A stretch of DNA of 46,227 nt, counting the filler, from Sphingomonadaceae bacterium (GTDB lineage: Bacteria; Chloroflexota; UBA6077): the NCBI GenBank assembly GCA_050261575.1. It is 3 parts of 3 records of this genome, joined end to end, with 100 filler letters (N's around TTAATTAATTAA, not from the genome) between each part and the next. Parts side by side here need not be neighbours in the genome. Positions count along the whole stretch, not along the records: positions 1 to 22,100 come from JBLNDL010000097.1; 2 more parts are not named here. One strand, 5' to 3'. A program made the translations under genes and the position numbers. A model generated the notes under the pieces. That model was not told where the DNA came from. It ran no database searches and worked only from the letters and a program-made list of their open reading frames with translations. Positions 11,426 to 20,275 of the stretch are shown here, piece after piece (position 1 is the stretch's first letter; the number at the start of each line of letters is the position of its first letter).

Positions 11426-12283
11426 TTGCCCGAGAGACGCTCGAAGGTTGACCTTCATCTGCACACCACCGCCTCCGACGGGGCGTTGACGCCTGCCGAG
11501 CTGGTGCGGGAGGCCAGCGCCCACGGGCTGGAATGCATCGCCGTAACCGATCACGACTCGACCGAGGGCATCGAGGAGGCCCTTGCCGAGGGAGAGAGGC
11601 TGGGGGTGCAGGTCATTCCGGGGATCGAGATGAGCACCGACATCCCCCGGGCCGAGGTTCACATCCTGGGCTACTTCATCGATTACAAGAACCAGGAGTT
11701 CCAGTCCATCCTTCGCCAACTGCGGGACGGCCGGCGGGACCGAGCGGAGAAGATGGTCGCCAAGCTCGCCCAGATGGGGCTGGACGTGCCGTGGGAGAGG
11801 GTGCTGGAGGTGGCGGGCCAGGGCTCGGTCGGGAGGCCTCACATCGCCCAGGTGATGGTGGAGAAGGGCTACGTGTCCTCCATGGTGGAGGCATTCACCG
11901 ACTACATCGGCCGGAACGCCCCAGCCTACGTGGAGCGGTACAAGCTGACCCCAGCCGAGGCCGTGGCGCTGGTGCGCAGGATGGCCGGGCTGCCGGTGCT
12001 GGCCCATCCGGGCGAGGTGGTGACGCTGGATTCCCTGCTACCCCAACTGATCGCTGCGGGACTAGTGGGGATGGAGTGCTACTACGGCGACTACAGCCCG
12101 GAGACGGTGGAGGGGTTGCTGGCGCTGGCCGACGAGCACAACCTGATCCCGACCGGCGGAACCGACTTCCACCGGGCGGACAGCACGGGACACGGCCCAA
12201 GTTTCCCCGGCGAGACCTGGGTGCCGTGGGAGTCGGTCAGGCGGCTCAAGGCGCTTGCCGCCCACCTGCGCAGCGGGCGCTAG
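11426..12283 (+). CDS. PHP-domain phosphoesterase (TrpH/YciV-like)
   Basis: DLHLHTTASDG, AVTDHD, GIEMS, HILGY, VLAHP, TGGTDFH. TTG start follows GGAGGTG. Confidence 0.9.
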   Translation: MPERRSKVDLHLHTTASDGALTPAELVREASAHGLECIAVTDHDSTEGIEEALAEGERLGVQVIPGIEMSTDIPRAEVHILGYFIDYKNQEFQSILRQLRDGRRDRAEKMVAKLAQMGLDVPWERVLEVAGQGSVGRPHIAQVMVEKGYVSSMVEAFTDYIGRNAPAYVERYKLTPAEAVALVRRMAGLPVLAHPGEVVTLDSLLPQLIAAGLVGMECYYGDYSPETVEGLLALADEHNLIPTGGTDFHRADSTGHGPSFPGETWVPWESVRRLKALAAHLRSGR

Positions 12284-12324
12284 CCCGTGGCGGTGCCGAC
12301 TGAGGCCTTTGCCACGACCAGTCC

Positions 12325-13365
12325 TTACGCCTTCTTCGTTCCCGCCCTGCTCCTGGCGAGGGCGAGGAGTATCGCACCCATCACCACGCCGACTGCCAGG
12401 AAGGCGTAGACCTTCTGGGCAGGCTCTAACCGGGCCGCAGCGAGGCCGAAAGCCGCGCAGAGCAGGTAGAAGCTCAGCACGATCTGCCGCTGGGAGAGGC
12501 CCGCCAGGTGCAGCCGCTGCGGCAGGTGGGCCTGGTCCCCTCCCTTCATCGGCGATCGCCCGGAGGCGATCCGCTGCACGATCACCCATGCCACGTCGGC
12601 GATGGGTACCCCCAGCACCAGCAACGCCGTGGCCACCTTCGCCCCGCCCATGATGGCCATCGTTGCCAGCGCGTAACCCAGGAAGAGGGATCCCGAGCTT
12701 CCCATGAAGATCCTGGCCGGATGGAAGTTGTGGCCCAAGAAGCCCAGGCAGGCGCCGGCGAGCGCCAGCGGGAGGATCGCTATGTCGTACTGGCCGAAGT
12801 CGAAGACGCCGCGGGCGAAGAGGACGAGCGCGGCGATGGCCACCACCCCTCCGGCCAGGCCGTCCATCACGTCCACCAGGTTGATGGTGTTGACCATCCC
12901 CACGATCCACAGCAGGGTGAACGGGAGCACGAGCCAGGCGGGGAGCGGGATGACTCCCCAGAAGGGGGTGGCGATGCTTTCCACCACGATCCCGAAGGCG
13001 ATGGGCACCGAGGCGATGGCGATCTGGCCGATCAACTGGGGCAGCGGACCCAGCCGCAGTTTGTCGTCCAGGAAGGCGAGGGGCAGCACGCCGACCCCGC
13101 CCAGCAGCAACCCCATCAACCTCCAGCTCTCCTGCTCGGATCGAGGTATGAGGTAGACGCCGACGAGGGTGGCCCCCAGGAAGCCGAGGAAGAGGGCGTA
13201 CCCGCCTGTGCGGGGCGTGACCCGCTTCTGTACCTCGCCGAGGCGGGGCCTATCCAGGATGCCGGTCCAGTGCCCGAAGCGTATGGCGGCGAAGGTGAGC
13301 AGGTAGGTTCCCAGCCAGGCGACGGCGAACACCAGCCCGAGGGAGATCTCGATAGACATAATCAC
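12325..13365 (-). CDS. Undecaprenyl-phosphate HexNAc-1-phosphate transferase (WecA/TagO, MraY family)
   Basis: Polytopic membrane protein. LDDK, NTINLVDVMDGL, HNFHPARIFMG, HLPQRL. Confidence 0.9.
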   Translation of the reverse strand: MIMSIEISLGLVFAVAWLGTYLLTFAAIRFGHWTGILDRPRLGEVQKRVTPRTGGYALFLGFLGATLVGVYLIPRSEQESWRLMGLLLGGVGVLPLAFLDDKLRLGPLPQLIGQIAIASVPIAFGIVVESIATPFWGVIPLPAWLVLPFTLLWIVGMVNTINLVDVMDGLAGGVVAIAALVLFARGVFDFGQYDIAILPLALAGACLGFLGHNFHPARIFMGSSGSLFLGYALATMAIMGGAKVATALLVLGVPIADVAWVIVQRIASGRSPMKGGDQAHLPQRLHLAGLSQRQIVLSFYLLCAAFGLAAARLEPAQKVYAFLAVGVVMGAILLALARSRAGTKKA

Positions 13366-13369
13366 CAGC

Positions 13370-14449
13370 TCATTGCAGCGAGTTGGCCAGATCCAGCACC
13401 CGGCCCCTGAGCGCGGCCAACTGGTCGTCGTGTGCGAGCCTCAGCAGGGAGTCGATCTGGCTGGATAGCTCCTGGTACGTCGGCAGGTCGCTGCGCGAGG
13501 ACAGCACCTGCAGAATGCCAGGGTAGGGGGTGGGGATGGCGCTCTCGTAGTCGGAGAGCAGGATCTCGTGCATCCGCTCGCCCGGCCTGGGCCCGATGTA
13601 CTGAATGGGACACTCGGTTCGGCCTGGCACCAGCAGACCGTAGAGGTGGCGCGCCAGCTCCGCGAGGTTGATCGGCTCGCCGGCATCGGGCATGTAGACC
13701 ACCCCGCTGTTCGGTGCGGCGGCGGTCTGGAGCACGAGCCGGGTGGCTTCCGCCATGGTGATCCAGTACCGAGTCATGCCCGGGTCAGTCAGGGTGAGGG
13801 GCTTGCCCGCGGCGATCTGGGCCAAGAAGGTCTCGATGACGCTGCCTCGGGTCCCCACGATGTTGACGAAGCGGACGATGGAGAAGCCCGGGGACATCTC
13901 CTTCTCGGCGGCCTGGGTCAGCCTCTCGGCTATCCGTTTTGTGCTGCCGTACACGCTAGGCGGGTTCACGGCCTTGTCGCTCGAAGGGTAGACGAAGCGG
14001 ATCGTCCCGTGCTCCGCCGCCGTCTCGATCAGCGCCCTCGTTCCGCCGAGGTTCACCTCCACGGTCTGATCCGGGTTCTCCTCCCCCAGGGGGACGTGTT
14101 TGTAGGCGGCCATGTGGAAGACCACCTCGGGCCGGCCCTCCCTGAACACCCGCTCCAGCTTCCGGCGGTCGCGCAGGTCCGCCAGCACCCATCTGGCCGG
14201 AACCTCCAGCCGGGGTCCTGCCTCCAGCTTCAGCCGGAACAAGGAGTGCTCGTGGTGGTCCAGCAGGATCAGCGATGCGGGGCGAAGCCGCGCGAGTTGC
14301 AGTGTGAGCGGTCCGCCCACCGAGCCCGCGGCCCCGGTGACCAGCACGCGCCTGCCGGCGATCAACTCCTCGGCTCCCACCAGGTCCAGGGGCGGCGTCG
14401 GCCTGCCCAGCAGTTCCTCCTGAGAGAAGCGGCCGATGGTGTCGGTCAT
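13370..14449 (-). CDS. Soluble CapD/PglF-like UDP-HexNAc 4,6-dehydratase (polysaccharide biosynthesis protein)
   Basis: Real start is MTDTIG (ATGA overlap with the upstream stop). GAAGSVG, FHMAAYKHVP, SSDKAVNP..YGSTK, RFVNIVGTRGSV, MTRYWIT, RPGE..HE. Confidence 0.88.
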   Translation of the reverse strand: MTDTIGRFSQEELLGRPTPPLDLVGAEELIAGRRVLVTGAAGSVGGPLTLQLARLRPASLILLDHHEHSLFRLKLEAGPRLEVPARWVLADLRDRRKLERVFREGRPEVVFHMAAYKHVPLGEENPDQTVEVNLGGTRALIETAAEHGTIRFVYPSSDKAVNPPSVYGSTKRIAERLTQAAEKEMSPGFSIVRFVNIVGTRGSVIETFLAQIAAGKPLTLTDPGMTRYWITMAEATRLVLQTAAAPNSGVVYMPDAGEPINLAELARHLYGLLVPGRTECPIQYIGPRPGERMHEILLSDYESAIPTPYPGILQVLSSRSDLPTYQELSSQIDSLLRLAHDDQLAALRGRVLDLANSLQ

Positions 14450-15432
14450 CGAGCCACCTCCCGAAAGAGGGAGCAGCAGGGTGGGGTAGCGGGTAGCGTG
14501 GCCAGTGCCGCCTCCAGCCTGCCCTGGGCCGCCCTCATCTCCACGGCGCGGTCGGGGTCGGGCTCTATGGTCTCGGTGACCAGGTAGCGAACCGACCGAC
14601 CCAGCCGCACGGCCAGTGCGTCCAGGTCGAGGTCGCCGTCGCCGTAGGGCAGACCCTCCTCCAGCAGCCCTCGGGCGTTGGAGACGTGGACCTCGAAGAG
14701 GTAGGGCTCCACGGCTCTCAGGTAGTCCTCCATGCTGGGGCTGTCGTCCAGGGTCGCGAGGTAGCGCACGAGCGGCGCGAGTTCCGGATCCACCCGGTCG
14801 GGATCCATCCGGAGGCCGTTCAGGAACAACTGGGCGTGGGAGAGGTCCACGGTGGCGCCGAGGCCCGGGAAGCGCCGAGCCAGGTAGGCCAGGTCTCCGG
14901 CGCTCATGCCCACCGGGGTGATCATGTAGGCCCCCTGCCGCTGGCGGGCCACCGGCGGAATGTTCTCCACCAGCGGCACGAGTCCGCGGTCTCCGGCTAG
15001 CTTGACGTAATGCTCGACGAGCGGAAGGCTCGCCTCCAGCTTGGCGCGCCTCAACTCGTCGCTGAGCGGGGTGCCCAGCGGCATGGGGGTGATGGCGTGG
15101 ATCAGGATGGCCTCGGCGCCCACGGCCGCTGCCAAGTGGGCTATCCGGCGCAAACACTCCCGATTGGCCTCGCTGTCGACGCTGATGTCGAAGAAGCTGC
15201 CGTCCAACGATCGGAGGGGCCCCTCCACCACGTACACGAAGTGGGGATGGGGCCTCAGCTCCACCAGGCGCTGGGCCAACCGATCCAGAAGCTGGACGTC
15301 CTCGATGTCCTGGACGTCGAGGTAGAGTTCCAGGCCGGCCGGAACCGGTTCGGCGAGCCGGTCGGCGAGTTGGGTCTCGATGGGGCGGCCTTTCAGCAGC
15401 ACCTTAGCTGCGGGCGCTGTGGTACCAGGCAA
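14446..15432 (-). CDS. Xylose-isomerase-like (AP endonuclease 2) TIM-barrel protein
   Basis: Metal-ligand pattern VEN, DLSH, HVSN, EGLPYGDGDLD, VTE. Translationally coupled within the operon. Confidence 0.7.
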   Translation of the reverse strand: MPGTTAPAAKVLLKGRPIETQLADRLAEPVPAGLELYLDVQDIEDVQLLDRLAQRLVELRPHPHFVYVVEGPLRSLDGSFFDISVDSEANRECLRRIAHLAAAVGAEAILIHAITPMPLGTPLSDELRRAKLEASLPLVEHYVKLAGDRGLVPLVENIPPVARQRQGAYMITPVGMSAGDLAYLARRFPGLGATVDLSHAQLFLNGLRMDPDRVDPELAPLVRYLATLDDSPSMEDYLRAVEPYLFEVHVSNARGLLEEGLPYGDGDLDLDALAVRLGRSVRYLVTETIEPDPDRAVEMRAAQGRLEAALATLPATPPCCSLFREVAR

Positions 15433-16294
15433 CGTATCTCTCTAGTCCTTCCAGTAATTCCACGCGGGGCTCGTAGCCCAGCTCCCGCCGGGCCTTCGAT
15501 ATGTCGGCCACCAGGTAGCCGTAGCTCTGGGTGCTCTCCACCCGGATCTCGGATCGGGATCTGGTGATCTGGCAGACCAGGCGGGCGAGCTGCTCCATGG
15601 AGGTTCCCGCACCGGTGGCCACATTGTAGCAACTTCCAGGCGGAACGGGCTTCTCGAGCGCCAGCAGGATGCCCTGGGCCGCGTCCGATACGTAGGTGAG
15701 GTCGCGGTTCTGACCGGTGTGCGCGACTATCGGCTCCCCCCGCAGGGCTCGCCCCACGAAGATGCCGGCCACGCCGCTCGCGCCACCCGCTATCACCAGG
15801 CCTGGGCCGTAGACGGAGAAGAAGCGGAGCGTGACGGCGTGGACGCCGTGGAAGCGGCTGTACATCTCCACCCAGGACTCGCCGCACAGCTTGCTGTAGC
15901 CGTAGGGGTCCTGGGGCTCCACCACACCGTCCTCAGGGATGGGCTCCGGAACGGGGCGGTAGATCCGCTGTGATGAGGCGAAGATGAACCTCCCGCCGCC
16001 ACGTCGTGCCCCCTCCAGCATCGCCAGGGTTCCCATGGCGTTGACTCGGTTGTACAGCAGCGGCTCCTGGTAGGAGGCGGAGGCGTTGGAGAGGGCCGCC
16101 AGGTGGACGATGGCTTCTGCTCTCGACGCGACCCGGATCGCCTCGTCTCCGGTGACATCCAGACTGTGGTGCTCCACCCCGGGCAGGCCCTCGCGTCGCC
16201 GGGATAGCGTGATGGGGTGGTGGCCTTGCTCCAGGAGGGCCTTCACGACGTGGGTGCCGATGAACCCGGTGCCGCCGGTGACGAGGACCTTCAT
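15404..16294 (-). CDS. NAD-dependent epimerase/dehydratase (extended SDR)
   Basis: VTGGTGFIG, HLAALS, ASS, YGYSK, LRFFSVYGP. Confidence 0.9.
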   Translation of the reverse strand: MKVLVTGGTGFIGTHVVKALLEQGHHPITLSRRREGLPGVEHHSLDVTGDEAIRVASRAEAIVHLAALSNASASYQEPLLYNRVNAMGTLAMLEGARRGGGRFIFASSQRIYRPVPEPIPEDGVVEPQDPYGYSKLCGESWVEMYSRFHGVHAVTLRFFSVYGPGLVIAGGASGVAGIFVGRALRGEPIVAHTGQNRDLTYVSDAAQGILLALEKPVPPGSCYNVATGAGTSMEQLARLVCQITRSRSEIRVESTQSYGYLVADISKARRELGYEPRVELLEGLERYVAWYHSARS

Positions 16295-17274
16295 TCCGGG
16301 TCCTCCTCAGGTTGAGAGGGCGTGGGGTCGCGCCGCAGGAAGAAATCCAGTACCTGCTCCACCCCATTCTCGAGGGGGACCCGAGGCTCGAAGGCCGTGC
16401 CGGGCAGCGCGGAGGAGAAGCTGCACTCGGGCACCTCGGGCGGTTGCTCCGGCAGGATCAGGTCGACCCTCAGCCCGCGCTGCTCGGCCAGCCTCCGGAC
16501 CAACCCTGCCACCTGGACTACCGAGGCAGTCTCGCCTACAAGGTTGACAGGCGTGTAGCCCTCGCTCTGACATCGGGCCACGGCTATCAGCCCTCGACAG
16601 GCATCGTCCACGTGGATCATGGCGGTGGGGTAGTAGGCGGTGGCGTCGACGCGCAACGGCTCCCCTCGGGCGGCCTGGAGGGCGAATCTGTTGGGGGCCG
16701 TCATGAAGCGTGGATCGGTCTTCATCACCGGGCTCAGCCCGTACACTAGCCCCAGTCGCGCGGCCACGCAGCGCAGCCCCCGCGTGTGGGAGAACATCTC
16801 CATCAGCTTCTCCACGTACACCTTAGAGAGGTGGGAGATGTCCAGGATGGGGCCGTACGGCTTCGACTCGTCGACCTGGCCCTCCACCCGCCGGCCGTAC
16901 ACCTGCAGGGAGCTGCCGAAGACGAGGCAGGTGACACCCGCTGCGCAGGCTCGCTCCAGCACGACCCGCGGTCCCACCAGATTGGTCTGCTCGGAGTAGC
17001 TTGTTGGGGCGGCGGAGGGGTTGGAGCTGGACTGGGCGGCCAGGTGGTAGACGGTGTCGACGCGCGCACCGGAGGCGAACGCTCGATCGAGCACCGCCTC
17101 GTCGGCCACGTCGCCCTCGATCAGCAGGAAGCCCGGTCGCTGCGCCAGGCGTCGGAGAGCCGCGGGATCGGTGGAGAAGCGGTTGTCGATGCCGACCACC
17201 GTCTCCCCGGTGTCGAGCAGCATCTCGACGAGGCGGGCGCCGATGTATCCTATGCCGGTGACCAGGGAACCCAA
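16291..17274 (-). CDS. Atypical extended SDR (SqdB/Agl3-like segments, catalytic Tyr replaced by Ser)
   Basis: VTGIGYIG, GIDN, HLAAQ, SHLSKV, VYG, NRFALQAARGEPL. TTG start follows CAGGAG. Confidence 0.8.
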   Translation of the reverse strand: MGSLVTGIGYIGARLVEMLLDTGETVVGIDNRFSTDPAALRRLAQRPGFLLIEGDVADEAVLDRAFASGARVDTVYHLAAQSSSNPSAAPTSYSEQTNLVGPRVVLERACAAGVTCLVFGSSLQVYGRRVEGQVDESKPYGPILDISHLSKVYVEKLMEMFSHTRGLRCVAARLGLVYGLSPVMKTDPRFMTAPNRFALQAARGEPLRVDATAYYPTAMIHVDDACRGLIAVARCQSEGYTPVNLVGETASVVQVAGLVRRLAEQRGLRVDLILPEQPPEVPECSFSSALPGTAFEPRVPLENGVEQVLDFFLRRDPTPSQPEEDPE

Positions 17275-17309
17275 GCGATCGCTCCTGTGCCCGGTGCGGG
17301 CAGGCGAGA

Positions 17310-17318
17310 ATCATAGCA
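17310..17318 (-). promoter_or_regulatory. Extended -10 element for the SDR-to-WecA operon
   Basis: TGCTATGAT on the minus strand, 36 nt before the start codon. Confidence 0.5.
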
Positions 17319-17543
17319 TTACCGGAGGTGGGGAACAACTTTGGGGATACCTGCTGTCTCGGAGCTGCTTCCCGCCAGGAGGTTGCGGAGACCGGCCGCA
17401 ACCGGGTAGACTCCCGCTCGGCTTCAAGTGATCGATCCTTTCCATCCCGAACAGGGTCATCGTGCTTATCCCAGCTATCCTTTGCATCCAGAATACCCTG
17501 TTCTTGCTGGACCTCTCGACCCACGATCAGCGCCGAGGTAAAG

Positions 17544-18323
17544 ATGCGCTCCTATTACGTGTTGGGGATGAGGGTGGACGACGTCACGTTCGACGAGTCC
17601 CTCGCCCTGATCGAAGGTTACGTGCGCTCCAGGGGGTGCCATCGGGTGGTGACGCCGAACCCGGAGTTCGCCATGGCTGCCAGGCGGGACCCAAAGTTCA
17701 GGGCCGTGGTGAACGGCTCGTCGCTGGCGATCCCCGACGGCATCGGGCTGATCATCGCCGCCATGCTGGCCGGCCACAGGATCCGGCAGCACGTGCGGGG
17801 AACCGACCTGGTGCACAGGATAGCCGCCCTGTGCGCCCGGCGGGGCTACCGCCTCTTCCTGCTGGGTGCGGCCCCGGGGGTGGCCGAGGAGGCGGCCGCT
17901 CGCCTGGTGGCCGATAACCCGGGGCTCCAGATCGCCGGAACCTACGCTGGATCGCACCGACCCGAGCACGACGCGGAGACGGTGGCGGCCGTGGCGCGGG
18001 CAGGGAAGGTGGACGTGCTGTTGGTGGCGTACGGCGCCCCGGCGCAGGAGAAGTGGCTCGCCCGCAACCAGGCGAAGCTGGGGATCCCGTGTGGCATCGG
18101 GGTGGGGGGCGTCTTCAACTTCCTTTCCGGCCGCAGCAAGCGGGCTCCCGCTTGGGTGCGGAGGATCGAGATGGAGTGGCTCTACCGGCTGCTGACCGAG
18201 CCGTGGCGCTGGCGACGCCAGTTGGCGCTGCCGGCATTCGCGGCGACGGTGCTGTGGGAGACGGTGAGGGGCCGGCGACCGGTGGTGGAGGTGGACGCAT
18301 CGCGGGATGCGCCCTGTCCATAG
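17544..18323 (+). CDS. WecB/TagA/CpsF glycosyltransferase
   Basis: VVTPNPE, PDGIG, VRGTDL, FLLGA, GAPAQEKW, GVGG.F.F.SG..KRAP.W....MEWLYRL..EP.RW.R. Start at ATG after GAGGT. Confidence 0.92.
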   Translation: MRSYYVLGMRVDDVTFDESLALIEGYVRSRGCHRVVTPNPEFAMAARRDPKFRAVVNGSSLAIPDGIGLIIAAMLAGHRIRQHVRGTDLVHRIAALCARRGYRLFLLGAAPGVAEEAAARLVADNPGLQIAGTYAGSHRPEHDAETVAAVARAGKVDVLLVAYGAPAQEKWLARNQAKLGIPCGIGVGGVFNFLSGRSKRAPAWVRRIEMEWLYRLLTEPWRWRRQLALPAFAATVLWETVRGRRPVVEVDASRDAPCP

Positions 18324-18356
18324 GACAGGGCGCGGTGTCCCGGTCGGGCGGTCCGG

Positions 18357-20264
18357 CTACGCCGCCTGGTTTACCGGTCCCTCGTTCGCGTTCTCCCCGT
18401 CCTCCGCCTCGTCCTCCGCGTTGCCGGAGTCGCCCACGCGGGCCTCGTCGGTCGCCACCTCGGCCACGTCGGCCGGCGCCGGTTCCACCACCACCGACGC
18501 CGCGGGAGCCTCGCTGGCCTTCCCATCCCTCGAAGAGACCGACGGCAGCGGGAGCGGGCCGGAGTTGGCTCGCTGGGCCTTCCCTCGCTCCGCCCGCGCC
18601 ACGATCTCCTTGATCTCGTCCTCCTCCAGCTCGTTCTTGTCGAGCAGCCCCTCCGCGATGGCCGAGACCGCCTCCTTGTTGCCCTCCAGCAGCAGCTTGA
18701 CCTTCTTGTACTGGTCCTTCAGCATCTTGTCGATCTCGCGCTTCATCACGGGGTCGGGGGCGCCGTCCCCGAAGGCTCGGGTAGAGTAGAGGCTCCCGTT
18801 CATCCCGAACCAGCCGATGCAGGCCGCCGCCATCCGCGTAGCCTGCTCCAGGTCGGAGGTGACTCCGGTGAGCGCGGTGTCTAGGAAGATCTCCTCCGCG
18901 GCGCGGCTGGCGAGGCTGGACTGGATCTCCGCCAGCATCTCCTCCCTGGTGTGGGTGTACATCTCCTCCAGCGGCTTCGTGGCCGAGAGGCCGAGGGCCT
19001 GGCCGTGCCGGATGATGGTGACCTTGGTCATGCGCTGCCTGGGCAGCAGCTTGAGCTGGGCGTAGCAGTGGCCCGCCTCGTGGTAGGCGATGCGCCTCCG
19101 CTCCTCCTGGGACATCCCCTTGATCGGCTGTCTGAGACCCCACTCGTGCGTCTCTCGCGCCAGGGTGAAGTCGCGGTAGGTGATGGAGTTTCTGCCGTCG
19201 AAGTGCGCCACCACCACCGCCTCGTTGATGACGTACTTGATGGTCACGGGGGTGTAGCCGATGGTATCGAAGACCAGCCGGTCCATGTCCATCGGCTCGT
19301 GCTTCACTTTGGCCAGGTAGTACTCCAGGATCTCCCGCCTGCCGTCGGCGTCCGGCAGGTCCACCACGATCTTGCGATCGAAGCGGCCGGGGCGGAGCAG
19401 GGCCGGGTCCAGCACCTCCACCAGGTTGGTGGCGCCGATGGTGAGGACCGGCGGCATCTCCGCCCTGCGCTTTCGCAGGCCCAGGGCCCTGAGGAGCCGG
19501 CCCCAGCGGCTCTGCTCCTGTGGCGGGGGGTCCATCTGCAGCAGCAGCTCGTTGAGCATTCCGGTGTTGCCGCCGAACATCATGCCGCCGAGGCCGGTGC
19601 TGGGCCCCTGGTTGGACCGGGCGGCGCCGATGGCGTCGATCTCGTCGACGAAGAGGATGCAGGCGCCGTACTTGCGCGCCAGCTTGCGGGCCTTGCCGTA
19701 GAGCATCATGACCCGCAGGTTGCCGATGCCCAGAAACATGTTCTGGAAGCTGGGGGCGCTGGCGTAGCCGAAGGGTACGCCGGCCTCGGTGCTGATCGCC
19801 TGCGCCAGGTAGCTCTTGCCGGTGCCCGGGGGGCCGACGAGGAGCAGGCCGCGGAGGGGCTCGCCCCCCATGTCCTTAAACTCCTTGACGCCCCGGAGCA
19901 GCGTCACGATGCGGCGGGCGGACTCCAGCACCTCGGGGTTGCCCTTGTAGTCCTTGAACCCCACGCCGGTTTCGCCGGGCTTCACCCAGTAGGTGCGACC
20001 CCTTCCGAGGAACCAGAAGAGCGCCACGAACTGGACGATCATGAACATGACGGCGAAGGCGAGTTGGAACAGCATGAGGGCGCCGTAGCCCACGATGGGG
20101 AGCCACTGCTGCCAGGTGGGCAGCAGGAGGTTCCAGAAGATGGTGCCGAAGACCGCGAGCGCCACGAGCCACCGCAGTTGCCGGCTCAGGACCCCGAACA
20201 GCCCGTCGATGAAGTCGTCTATCGATTGGTCGAGGGAGGGTCTCCCCGTTTGGCCGTCTTGCAT
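18357..20264 (-). CDS. FtsH-like membrane AAA+ ATPase / M41 Zn protease
   Basis: Two adjacent TM helices, GPPGTGKS, ILFVDEID, DPALLRPGRFDR, HEAGH, SDLEQAT, acidic tail. Start MQDGQ follows SD AGGAG. Confidence 0.9.
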   Translation of the reverse strand: MQDGQTGRPSLDQSIDDFIDGLFGVLSRQLRWLVALAVFGTIFWNLLLPTWQQWLPIVGYGALMLFQLAFAVMFMIVQFVALFWFLGRGRTYWVKPGETGVGFKDYKGNPEVLESARRIVTLLRGVKEFKDMGGEPLRGLLLVGPPGTGKSYLAQAISTEAGVPFGYASAPSFQNMFLGIGNLRVMMLYGKARKLARKYGACILFVDEIDAIGAARSNQGPSTGLGGMMFGGNTGMLNELLLQMDPPPQEQSRWGRLLRALGLRKRRAEMPPVLTIGATNLVEVLDPALLRPGRFDRKIVVDLPDADGRREILEYYLAKVKHEPMDMDRLVFDTIGYTPVTIKYVINEAVVVAHFDGRNSITYRDFTLARETHEWGLRQPIKGMSQEERRRIAYHEAGHCYAQLKLLPRQRMTKVTIIRHGQALGLSATKPLEEMYTHTREEMLAEIQSSLASRAAEEIFLDTALTGVTSDLEQATRMAAACIGWFGMNGSLYSTRAFGDGAPDPVMKREIDKMLKDQYKKVKLLLEGNKEAVSAIAEGLLDKNELEEDEIKEIVARAERGKAQRANSGPLPLPSVSSRDGKASEAPAASVVVEPAPADVAEVATDEARVGDSGNAEDEAEDGENANEGPVNQAA

Positions 20265-20275
20265 GGGTGCCACTC

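Noticed and set aside
13370..15157. 595-aa ORF as called
   Set aside because: The N-terminal 236 aa are an alternative frame of the TIM-barrel gene. The real gene starts at 14449.
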